Positions 48,066-58,030 of a stretch of DNA of 64,000 nucleotides are shown in pieces (within the stretch, counting starts at the first letter, position 1; each line of letters begins with the position of its first letter). This DNA comes from Piromyces finnis finn (lineage: Eukaryota > Fungi > Neocallimastigomycota). Under the pieces are notes generated by a model. The model was not told where the DNA came from and did no database searches. It saw only the letters and a list, made by a program, of their open reading frames with translations. The stretch is taken from the NCBI GenBank assembly GCA_002104945.1, contig MCFH01000071.1, positions 1-64,000 of the forward strand, in the 5' to 3' direction. The translations under genes were made by a program, and so were the position numbers.

Positions 48066-51000
48066 TGTAAAAGGTTTTTATATATGTTAGTTAATAAGTT
48101 AAATATAATAAGTTAATTAAGTTAGTTATTACCTCTCTATACGAGTTAATAACTAAATAAAGTTTTATAAAAAATAATAAAAGAACTAAAATAAATATTA
48201 TAACACAAAAATAAATATAAACAAATAAATATTAATATGAAATATTATTTACTTAAATAATTATTATAATTATTATCTTTTATTTATTAGTTATAATTAT
48301 ATACATTAATTGTTATTATAGCTATTAATTTACTTTAATACTAACGCTAAAGTATTTAACGTTAGTTTTGACTATACTATTTAACTATATGAGTTTATTT
48401 TCTTTACCACTTGATTGGGTAAAGCAAATAGACTTCCTATTTAATTAATAACCATTAATATATGGTTATGCATATATTTGGCCAATAAATGGTGACCAGA
48501 ATATATGGTTTCAATTGAAATATTTGTGGGCAAACTTATGGCCACAAATATTTCTTACAATGCCCCCCTGAGGAGAAAACCTAGGCAGGGTTTTGGACAC
48601 TAACCATGAATTCCTGGTAGCATTTATCTTGAAATTCCTTGAGTAGCTTATCATAGTGGGAGTTCTTGTCAATGATATCAGCATCAACCCACTCTTGTCT
48701 AAAGTCACTAAAGGTAGCTAAGTATTGGTAGTTATCCTTCTTTCTTCTGGCATTCATGATTTTGATAATTTTCTGGTAGCCCACTGGTGCAGGTGTTAGT
48801 TCTTCAGGTTTGTTATGGTAGGGTTCAAGTTCACTGATATGAAACACAGGGTAGACATTGGGGAAAGGTGACTTGCTGATATCCAACCGGTAGTTAAGCT
48901 TGCTTTCATCAATTCCAATAACCTTGAAGGGACCGTACTTTCTTGCTTGTAGCTTGTAGAAGGGAAGAGGGTTGTAATTTTCTGGTTTTCTTAACCACAC
49001 CAAATCCATGAGCCTAATTTTAGGGTAGTTAAGTTCTCTTCTATGGTCCAAGTGGTCTAAGAACCGTGTTCTTGATATGTCCAGCATGTGCTTTAAGTTA
49101 CCTAAGTTGTGAGCGAAGCTATCTAATATAGGAGCTTCACCAAGTGAGTGGACAAGTTCTGAGTCTTGAGGGTTCATATGTACCTGGTAGTTATACAAGG
49201 CTAGGAATGGGGACTGCTTAGTAGAACTGTGTACTGCATTATTATAGCAGAACTCAGCTAAGTACAAGTACTTCAACCATTCGTCGTCATCAAAGGTCTT
49301 CACAAAGCATCTAAGGTACATACTTACGTAGGAGTTGTTACGTTCTACCTGACCAACTGTTTCATGATGGCCAGTAGTAGCAAGGTTTACTTCTACGCCA
49401 AAGAACCCCATAATGTCCTTCCACAACTTACTAGTGAACTGGACACCACGATCCGTAGTAACCGATTTGGGACAACCATGTAACTTGAATACATGTTGTA
49501 AGTATGCTAAGGCTGTTTCTTTAGCAGTAGGCATATTCCTAAATCCCACTAAGTGTATCATTTTGGTTAACTTATCGCTACAAACCATGATACAACCTCT
49601 TCTAGTGACTTCTGGGGGTTCTGAGGGACTACTACCTGGTTTTCTACGTTCCTTAATAGGTAGGTCCGTCAGGAAGTCGATTTCTACTTCTTGCCAAGGT
49701 AAGTCTGCAACTTTTACCCTAGCAGCGCTACCGTACGGCTTGTGTCTGTTGTCCTTTTGGGTACAACATATGGTACAAGCTTTAATATATCCCGCAATGT
49801 CATCCTTCATTTTTGGCCAGTAGTAGTTTCTGGCTATCAGGTCATAAGTTTTATCTTTTCCCAAATGACCTGCTGTTTCACTATCGTGGTTAAGTTTTAT
49901 GATTGTTTCCCTTAACACCTTTGGTACATATGTACGTTCTGGTGCATCCTTTCTAACAATCAACCCATTAACCATCAACCACTTCTTTTTGATGAGCTTG
50001 TGGCCTCTTTTTGCGTCAAGACCATCTCTAATTTCCCTAGCAAGCTCATCCGTGTTGTAGGCTTGTTTCAGTTCTCCCACAAAGCTTACTTCTAACACCG
50101 CATAGCACTCTTCTTCCACGGGTGGAAATTCTTTTACCTGTTCAGGTCGAAGGAGGCTAGCTTTTTCCATCTCCAGTTGTACCTGTTCTGGAGATACCAA
50201 TCTTGATAGGATATCGGCTCTACCATTCATTTTTCCTGGCCGATATATTATTTCGAAGTCGTATGCAGCAAACAGCTCTTGCCATCTTGCCTGTCTTGCT
50301 GTCAACAACTGTGGTTTTGTGGCGAACAGGAGATTCCTATGGTCACTATATACTAGGACCTTATGTTTCGCACCCATTAACAGGTGTCGCCACTCGATGA
50401 AAGCATTCCTAATAGCCAACAACTCCTTTTCCGTGATGGAGTAGTTGATTTCTGCTTTCGTAAGTTTCTTGGAATAGTAATACACAGGGTGTAGTTCATT
50501 GTCATCGCCTAGTTGTGATAATACACCACCCACTGCGTAGTTACTAGCGTCGCACTCCACTATAAACTGACGGTCATGGTCAGGATATGCTAATACTGGT
50601 GGAGACAACAGCATTTCTTTTAACTTCTCGAACGCCTGGATGCGTTCTTCATTCCACAGGAATTGTACCTTTTTGGACGTCATCGCATATAACGGCCTTG
50701 CTATCTTAGAGAAGTCCTTTATAAACTTCCTATAATAGTTGCAGAATCCGAGGAATGACTGTAGTTCTTTAATGTTGGTTGGTTGTGGCCAACTTGCTAC
50801 AGCTTTTAACTTTTCTGGGTCGGTTTTAATACCATATTTTCCAACTACATGACCCAGGAATGCAAGTTCTTCCTTGTGGAACTCACACTTCGCTAACTTA
50901 GCTACTAGACGATTATCTATTAGCTTTTGTAGGACTCTTTTTACATGCCCTACATGCTCTTCAAGTGACTTGGAGTAGATGATGATATCATCCAAGTACA

Positions 51001-54000
51001 CTTGACAGCAGTCGTTGATTTCTTCTGCCAGCACCGTATTAATGAACCCTTGGAACGTGGCAGGAGCATTAGTCAACCCAAATGGCATCACTAGATATTC
51101 ATAATGCCCAAACTTGGTTGAGAATGCCGTCTTGTATTCGTCACCTTCACGAATACGCACGAGGTTGTAGGCAGACTTCAAATCCAACTTGGAGAAGATA
51201 GTCGCGCCTTTCATAGCCTCAAACACTTGACTGATGAGTGGTAAGGGAAAGGAGTTACGCACTGTTACCTTATTAAGACGCCTATAATCAGTACATAATC
51301 GTCTTTCACCACTCTTTTTGGGCACGAATAACACAGGATAACCTGCAGGACTTTCTGACTTCCTGATGAAGCCTTTTGCCAGGTTTTCCTCTATATATTC
51401 CTTCAGTGCTTTTTCCTCTTCTGGATTGAAGGGATATATAGGCCCTTTATGAAGACTAGCATCCGGCTCCAGGTCGATCTTACAGTCGTAAGGACGGTGT
51501 TCTGGTAGCTGGTTAGCTATTTCTTCGTTAAATGCTTCTTTGAAATTGTGGTAGTACTTCTCCACGATTTCTTCAGGTGTAGGTTGATTTTCGTTTAAGT
51601 TTTCTTCCTGTACCAACCCTACGTAAATGTGATTTTTCTCTAAGTCAACACTCTGTACCAACCCTACTGAAACGGGGTTTTTCTCTAAGTCAGGACTTCG
51701 TGTCAACCCTCCGGAAACACATTTTTTCTCTAAGTTAGCACTCTGTACCAACCCTACTGAAACGCAAGTTTTCTCTAAGTTGGAACTCGATGCCAACCCT
51801 CCGGAACTTCCGTTCCTGGTTCCTTTTGTAGCCTTGTGGCTACCATTACCCACGATTTCGGCTTCGATGTTTTCTGCGGTTACAGTTACCAGAGGCCTTC
51901 TTGCTTTTGCATTAGTAACTGTAGTTATGGGACTTAATTGAGTACAGTAGTAGATATTGCCGTCATTTACACCATAACTGTTGGTGTGTCCTTTATCCTT
52001 ATCATTATCTACTACGAAGTACCTCACTTGTGCATCTTTATCATAACCTCTGTAGATAAAGTGCTCATCCATGAAGCCCAGTCCCACAATGATCATCTCC
52101 GGCATATTGTCGGATAGGTGACAACTTGTGTTGAAGCAGTATGGCTTAGCTTCTTGTTCGCCAGATGGAGTTAACCATAACTTCAACTGCAAGTCATCTG
52201 AGAACTGCTTTAACTCGATATCACCATTCACAGTTCTGAATATGGCTGGTTTGTCCACTACCTTTAACCCGAGCTTCTTTGCTAAATTTGGGTGAATGAG
52301 GTTTGTGGTGGAACCAGTATCATACAAGACTTCTACCCTTTTTATATCTCGAGGGTTGCTTCTTGCATTTATTTCAGCTACTAGTTGGTTCTGACTGTAG
52401 TAGCTGTTATTGACCGTCGTTTGACTTGCCATAGCCTTAGGTAATGGGTTATTTCCCATACTAGAAGGTCCTTGCTTTGGTTGGAAGCTAGAACTTCTTC
52501 TAAAGCTTGACTTATTTAAGGATTCACGACGTTCTTTGGCACCGTTATTGTTTTTTACATAAGCCTGAGTGTTGGTCTGCTCAACTTTAGGCTTATTATT
52601 TGGCTTGTTGTTCTTCTGCTTTAACTCAGCCCATCTAGATGGTCTACATGGGTCTGTGATATCCAACAAGGCCATAATAGTGGTCTGGCGGTCTCTTTTG
52701 TCGTACTTTTCTATGGTTTCATTACGGAAGACTGCTTGGTGGTCATCGCACTTTAGCAAGACTTCACTTAATGTTTCCAGCGTACGTTCCGGTTCAGGGA
52801 TATCATAGAACGCTTCCCTGACAGAAGGCCTGACCTGTTGTATTAACACCTGTCTCCTAACATTTTCAGGAAGCCCAAGTGTTTCCGTCAATTCATTGAA
52901 CTCTTCCAAATAGTCGTATGCTTTTCCCCACTCATGTGTGAGCTTAAGCAACTTTGACTTGCAGAGTTCATGGGGAGACTCTGGTGGAAACTTATCTTGA
53001 AGGTGGAGGAATAGTCTTTCAGCATCGGGATTCCTACGCTGCAACATCCTCTCTCTAAGTCTATACCATCTCAATACTTTCCCACCTAGATGATCTTCAA
53101 TGAAGCTAACCTTTGCCTTTTCGTCGTTACCATAGTCATATGGGTAACGTTTGAAATGACGTAAGCACTTCTCTTGAAAACCCTCTAAGTCTATTCCATT
53201 ATTATCAAACATAGGCACTTTTTCTTCATACCTATGTACTCGCCAATCGAACATCTTCACGTCCCCATCCTCGGAATATTCCGTAGGGTTGGTGCTGCTA
53301 CTAGTTCCAGCACCATGAGGATTACCCATACCACCGGTTTGATAGGATGTTCTTTCATGAGCTCTGGCTTCAGCTCTTCTGTTCATGGCTTCGACTTTAG
53401 CCTCGAACAATTTTTCTCTTTCTTCTAGAGCGTTTCGTTGCTCCCTCAATCTGGCCATCTCTTCTTCAAGCTCTTTTTTATAAGAGACAAAGGCACTAGA
53501 TTGACGGTACAACGTTTCTTGGTTGTTTAGCACTTGCTGGTGGTCTTGTAACCTTTCCTCATGTTCTGCGGTAAAGGCATTTTCCACAGCATGCAACTCT
53601 TCCAAGCTAACTTGGCTAGCTGACTCATTTGCTTCCAACCTTTGATCCACTTCAACAAATTTTTGCTGAAGAGCATCGTTTATCTCGCTCTTGTAAACCT
53701 CAATACCCCGAAGTTGTTCTTCCATAGCACCCAGACGGTTTCCCATACTAGCAAACTGGCTAGATATTTCCGAAACCCATCTATTAAGAAGAACTTCAAT
53801 GTGTTGCATTGGGTTTACCTCACTATTATTAGTAAAAAAGAAAGAAGGATCAACAGGGGTGGGCATAGAATCCCCCTGTTGAACCTGTAAATTCTGATTA
53901 GATTCGACCTCAGTGCTTTCGAGAAGCACCGGGGTTCGAACCCGTGACATTCCCTCTACACCATCCATGCCATCCGCGCTCGCCGCGTCAGGACGGGTCC

Positions 54001-54871
54001 CGTCCCTTACGAATGATGTTTTTGTGTCCAATTTATGGACACCCCGAGGGTTAGGCGACTTACCTGCGTTTTTCATTTCTAGTTCGAAAATAAATTCTTT
54101 TAATAAATTAAAGAATTTATTATATAAAATATGGTTATAATGAATTTTAAAATTTAAAAATAATGAATTTTTATTTCTAAACTATTAAAAAATAATTATT
54201 TTTAATAATAAATTTACTTCTTTTAAATATAATATTTGAATATTATATAAAATATTGTAAATAATTATTATTAAACAATAATTTAAATAAAATAAAATAT
54301 GTTTTTTAAGAATTTTTAATAACACTAACCTAATTAAAACTAAGCTAACGTAAGAACTAACTATAAAGCGTTAGTATTGTAAAAGGTTTTTATATATGTT
54401 AGTTAATAAGTTAAATATAATAAGTTAATTAAGTTAGTTATTACCTCTCTATACGAGTTAATAACTAAATAAAGTTTTATAAAAAATAATAAAAGAACTA
54501 AAATAAATATTATAACACAAAAATAAATATAAACAAATAAATATTAATATGAAATATTATTTACTTAAATAATTATTATAATTATTATCTTTTATTTATT
54601 AGTTATAATTATATACATTAATTGTTATTATAGCTATTAATTTACTTTAATACTAACGCTAAAGTATTTAACGTTAGTTTTGACTATACTATTTAACTAT
54701 ATGAGTTTATTTTCTTTACCACTTGATTGGGTAAAGCAAATAGACTTCCTATTTAATTAATAACCATTAATATATGGTTATGCATATATTTGGCCAATAA
54801 ATGGTGGCCAGAATATATGGTTTCAATTGAAATATTTGTGGGCAAACTTATGGCCACAAATATTTCTTACA
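48066..54871 (-). mobile_element. Intact Ty3/gypsy element, family D
   Basis: 494-bp LTRs 48066-48559 and 54378-54871 (one mismatch seen), TSD GACGC, PPT AGGGGGGC on the minus strand at about 48562-48569, self-priming PBS at 54367-54377. Confidence 0.96.
48581..54076 (-). CDS. gag-pol: Family D single-ORF Gag-Pol (1831 aa) with coiled-coil N-terminus, PR, RT, RH, IN and a degenerate chromodomain
   Basis: LYDTGS, YLDDIIIY, CDASNYAVGG, HDSETAGH...CTIC, TDRG, GPFKV, and C-terminal YQYLATF...EWV. Confidence 0.95.
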   Translation of the reverse strand: MKNAGKSPNPRGVHKLDTKTSFVRDGTRPDAASADGMDGVEGMSRVRTPVLLESTEVESNQNLQVQQGDSMPTPVDPSFFFTNNSEVNPMQHIEVLLNRWVSEISSQFASMGNRLGAMEEQLRGIEVYKSEINDALQQKFVEVDQRLEANESASQVSLEELHAVENAFTAEHEERLQDHQQVLNNQETLYRQSSAFVSYKKELEEEMARLREQRNALEEREKLFEAKVEAMNRRAEARAHERTSYQTGGMGNPHGAGTSSSTNPTEYSEDGDVKMFDWRVHRYEEKVPMFDNNGIDLEGFQEKCLRHFKRYPYDYGNDEKAKVSFIEDHLGGKVLRWYRLRERMLQRRNPDAERLFLHLQDKFPPESPHELCKSKLLKLTHEWGKAYDYLEEFNELTETLGLPENVRRQVLIQQVRPSVREAFYDIPEPERTLETLSEVLLKCDDHQAVFRNETIEKYDKRDRQTTIMALLDITDPCRPSRWAELKQKNNKPNNKPKVEQTNTQAYVKNNNGAKERRESLNKSSFRRSSSFQPKQGPSSMGNNPLPKAMASQTTVNNSYYSQNQLVAEINARSNPRDIKRVEVLYDTGSTTNLIHPNLAKKLGLKVVDKPAIFRTVNGDIELKQFSDDLQLKLWLTPSGEQEAKPYCFNTSCHLSDNMPEMIIVGLGFMDEHFIYRGYDKDAQVRYFVVDNDKDKGHTNSYGVNDGNIYYCTQLSPITTVTNAKARRPLVTVTAENIEAEIVGNGSHKATKGTRNGSSGGLASSSNLEKTCVSVGLVQSANLEKKCVSGGLTRSPDLEKNPVSVGLVQSVDLEKNHIYVGLVQEENLNENQPTPEEIVEKYYHNFKEAFNEEIANQLPEHRPYDCKIDLEPDASLHKGPIYPFNPEEEKALKEYIEENLAKGFIRKSESPAGYPVLFVPKKSGERRLCTDYRRLNKVTVRNSFPLPLISQVFEAMKGATIFSKLDLKSAYNLVRIREGDEYKTAFSTKFGHYEYLVMPFGLTNAPATFQGFINTVLAEEINDCCQVYLDDIIIYSKSLEEHVGHVKRVLQKLIDNRLVAKLAKCEFHKEELAFLGHVVGKYGIKTDPEKLKAVASWPQPTNIKELQSFLGFCNYYRKFIKDFSKIARPLYAMTSKKVQFLWNEERIQAFEKLKEMLLSPPVLAYPDHDRQFIVECDASNYAVGGVLSQLGDDNELHPVYYYSKKLTKAEINYSITEKELLAIRNAFIEWRHLLMGAKHKVLVYSDHRNLLFATKPQLLTARQARWQELFAAYDFEIIYRPGKMNGRADILSRLVSPEQVQLEMEKASLLRPEQVKEFPPVEEECYAVLEVSFVGELKQAYNTDELAREIRDGLDAKRGHKLIKKKWLMVNGLIVRKDAPERTYVPKVLRETIIKLNHDSETAGHLGKDKTYDLIARNYYWPKMKDDIAGYIKACTICCTQKDNRHKPYGSAARVKVADLPWQEVEIDFLTDLPIKERRKPGSSPSEPPEVTRRGCIMVCSDKLTKMIHLVGFRNMPTAKETALAYLQHVFKLHGCPKSVTTDRGVQFTSKLWKDIMGFFGVEVNLATTGHHETVGQVERNNSYVSMYLRCFVKTFDDDEWLKYLYLAEFCYNNAVHSSTKQSPFLALYNYQVHMNPQDSELVHSLGEAPILDSFAHNLGNLKHMLDISRTRFLDHLDHRRELNYPKIRLMDLVWLRKPENYNPLPFYKLQARKYGPFKVIGIDESKLNYRLDISKSPFPNVYPVFHISELEPYHNKPEELTPAPVGYQKIIKIMNARRKKDNYQYLATFSDFRQEWVDADIIDKNSHYDKLLKEFQDKCYQEFMVSVQNPA

Positions 54872-54883
54872 GACGCAAGCAAT

Positions 54884-54965
54884 GTCAGTTTGTCCGAGTG
54901 GTTAAGGAGTCAGACTTGAAATCTGATGGGCTTTGCCCGCGCAGGTTCAAACCCTGCAGCTGACG
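54884..54965 (+). tRNA. tRNA-Ser: tRNA-Ser, anticodon TGA (long variable arm)
   Basis: Acceptor GTCAGTT/AGCTGAC, anticodon arm TCAGA-CT TGA AA-TCTGA, variable arm GGGC-TTT-GCCC, T arm GCAGG-TTCAAAC-CCTGC. Confidence 0.96.
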
Positions 54966-55045
54966 AATAATATTGATATAAATTGATATATATTTTAATA
55001 TTTTCAATTTTTTATTTTAAAAAACTTTAACAATTTAAATAAAAT

Positions 55046-55117
55046 AGGGGCGTTCCGGATTTGAACCGAAGACCTATTGATCTGCAGTCAATTGCTCTAC
55101 CGCTGAGCTAACACCCC
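55046..55117 (-). tRNA. tRNA-Cys: tRNA-Cys, anticodon GCA
   Basis: Reverse complement GGGGTGTTAGCTCAGCGGTAGAGCAATTGACTGCAGATCAATAGGTCTTCGGTTCAAATCCGGAACGCCCCT folds into a cloverleaf. Confidence 0.95.
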
Positions 55118-55147
55118 AATTATTAATTTATTGTGATATAATTTGAT

Positions 55148-57129
55148 TGTAAAATATTTAATTTAAATCTAACCTTTAAATTATGTGAAGATATTAACTG
55201 GATTTAAAACAAATTCAGATAATATCTATAATTAATTAAACATAATAATTATAATTAAATAATTTCAATAATTATTTTAAAACACTTTTAAAAGTCACCT
55301 TTTAAATTTTGATTCAGTGAAAGGGTTATGATTTCAAAAATTTAATATCAATACACTATAACCCTTAACCAAAAATAAGCAAGTACGAAATAAGGTGTAA
55401 CTCGCCAAAAACGATCGCTACGGCTGTAAGTGCTACGGTTGTGAAACTAGGTTTATTGGAAAGCTTAGGAAGAAAGCTACAATTTGGTACAATCGCGGTC
55501 CTTCTAACTGATCATTTAAGGAAGTTATGATCATTTAAAGATTTTATTAGGTAAATTAAAATCAATATGCTATCAAGTATGGATCATAAATATTTCTTAT
55601 GACTTGATGAAATTAAAAATATATCAATAGGAATTTTAGTTATATTAATTTAATTAATGATAACGATTGTTACTAAAAATAGAACTAGACCCATTTAGGT
55701 GTAACAGTTAACACCTATAAATTAAATAATCTTAATTATTATAAAATAGGTTAACGGCAAGTTTTATTAGAAATAATTTTGAAAATAATAATTATTTAAT
55801 TATAACAAATATGTTATGGTAATATCAATTAATAATGATGAATTATTAATTGAATAGTTTTTATAATTACTAATTAGGATCAACTGTTTAAATGATTAAT
55901 CATATGTTTATTTTATTTTATGTCATGACAAACAAACAAACAAACAAACAAACAAACAATCTTATTACTTATTTAATTATATTACTAATATATTACATGT
56001 AATACTTTATTCTTATTAATATCAATTTAATAATCTGAACAAAGAATATAAAAGAAAATGAATTGAATTCGATTTTAATTCTTTGTAAAGATTATAGTTA
56101 TAATCTTAATTATATAGTTACTTATAATATCATTTATATTATTATTATTAAATAAATAAAAAATTTATAAAAAGTTATTTTAAAGTAAATATAAATTTTT
56201 CATTTTTCATTTGGGAGTTTAAGGTGTTATTTTATAATTAAATTTAATTTCTTAAAAAACATTTTTACTATATAATTAATAACATTCTGACCTGGCCGCA
56301 TAACCAAACCCAAAAACTTAACAAATTAAATTATTGGATTTAGGTCTGTGCTAACAAAACAACAATACAAAACAAAAAAAAATTCCAATTTATTTTTTAA
56401 TACTTTTTTTTTTATTTATTTAAATAATAAATTTATCTTCGAAACTATGACAACTGCTGATTACTTTACCACGAAGGTTATTTAACCAGAGCCTTCGCTA
56501 GGTAATCAGTTTTTAATTAAATAAAAAATGTTTTATTATAAACTTTATTAATAATCTAATATTATTAATACTAATTATATAATTGTAATTAATTACTATT
56601 TTCCAACTATCGTTTCAATAGTTGAGAAATTTTCTTTATTTATACTTTTTAAATAAATTGAATTAATTCTTATATACATGTTTTAATATTATAATTTTAC
56701 ATTGTTTACATTTATACATTTATTAAAAGAAATTATTTGTATTAAACTATTTAAATTCAATTTATTTACTAAAGAATTTTCTAAGCTTAAAATAAAGTTT
56801 TGATTTATTTACTATATGGTTGATTATATTTCAAACATATATTTAATTTATTTATTTCTAATTTTGAGGCTTAGTTTATAAAAAAAATTTTTTTTTTTAT
56901 TCTTATCTCAAATATTTATTGGTTAAAAATTATTTAATTTTAAAATTTTATTTTATCATCAAAACTTTATCTTATCATAAAATTAAATTTACATAAATTT
57001 ATGTTAATGTATTGTGATGTAAATTTTTGTAAAATTTACGGTACATTAATTCAATACATTATACATTGTTCTACATACGTATTAAATACATTATTTAACT
57101 AATACATTTAACTAATACAATATTTTACA
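55148..57129. mobile_element. Solo LTR family F, interrupted by E1
   Basis: TSD TTGAT (55143-55147 / 57130-57134), homologous to 33171-33992. Confidence 0.88.
55184..56323. mobile_element. Solo LTR family E, copy 1
   Basis: TGTGAAG...CTTAACA, TSD AATTA, 66 nt upstream of tRNA-Cys. Confidence 0.9.
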
Positions 57130-57961
57130 TTGATAATAATCTTAATTTTGAATTTTACTTCAAAAAGTGATTATTATATTATATCTTTTGTTATAACTAT
57201 ATAAGTTATATTGATTAAGATTTAAAATCGTTTTTATAAAAATTAATAAAATTGTTTTGTTAAAACACTAAATTGTTTTATTAGAAACACTTGTTTTTCT
57301 AATATTTAAATATTTAAAATTTTATTTATTTAAGTATAAAAGTGATTATTAAAATTATAAAATATTAATCTAACTATATAATATTTCTTTATTAATAATA
57401 ATAATAATGATTAAAATAAGAATATTTACATGTATTTATATTTTCTTTTGAATTTAAACTATTTACATTAAAACAATAAAATTAATAACTATTTACAATA
57501 AAAGTAATAAAAGTAATTAGAAATAACAATAGAAGAAATAATTAAAAGTTAAAGAATATAAAAAGTTGTTTATTTTACAATTAATTAAAGTAATAATAAC
57601 ATGAATTATTATATTTGTGTAAAGAAATGTGTCTTTAACAATAAAACAAATTATAATATTTACTAAATAACTTAGTAATATTAACACTTTAAAATATTCT
57701 GTAAATTATTAATTTATAAAAATATCATTAAAAACACATAGAATTTAACTTAATAAGTTAGTGTTTAATAATATAATTATTTATTAATAAAATCTCGATT
57801 CTTTAAAATATTTGGGAAAATTCACTCGTATTTATACTAAAAATTTTTTAAATTAATTTATAAAATTTTTTCAACTTAAAATTCTTAACCAATCAATAAT
57901 CTTCATATAAAATAAAATTTAAAAATAAAATAAAATAAAATTATAATTTTTTTAAAATAGT

Positions 57962-58030
57962 ATCTATGAGGTCTCGAACTAGTGTCATTCAGACTCAAAG
58001 TCTTAGCTACTAACCACTAAGACAATTTAG
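57962..58030 (-). pseudogene. Degenerate tRNA-like sequence (Gln TTG-like)
   Basis: A-box-like TGTCTTAGTGG, anticodon-loop-like CTTTGAG, B box GTTCGAGAC. The T and acceptor stems do not pair. Confidence 0.4.

Noticed and set aside
37867-54377. TACTAAC branch-point consensus next to the B and D LTRs
   Set aside because: Fully explained as the self-priming PBS complementary to the LTR 11-mer. No flanking splice sites are evident.
35208-55183. Sequence-specific targeting of the AATTA site 36 nt into LTR F (hit by G, H and E1)
   Set aside because: More simply explained by distance: this site is -65/-66 from the tRNA in both contexts, and the same group uses unrelated target sequences elsewhere.
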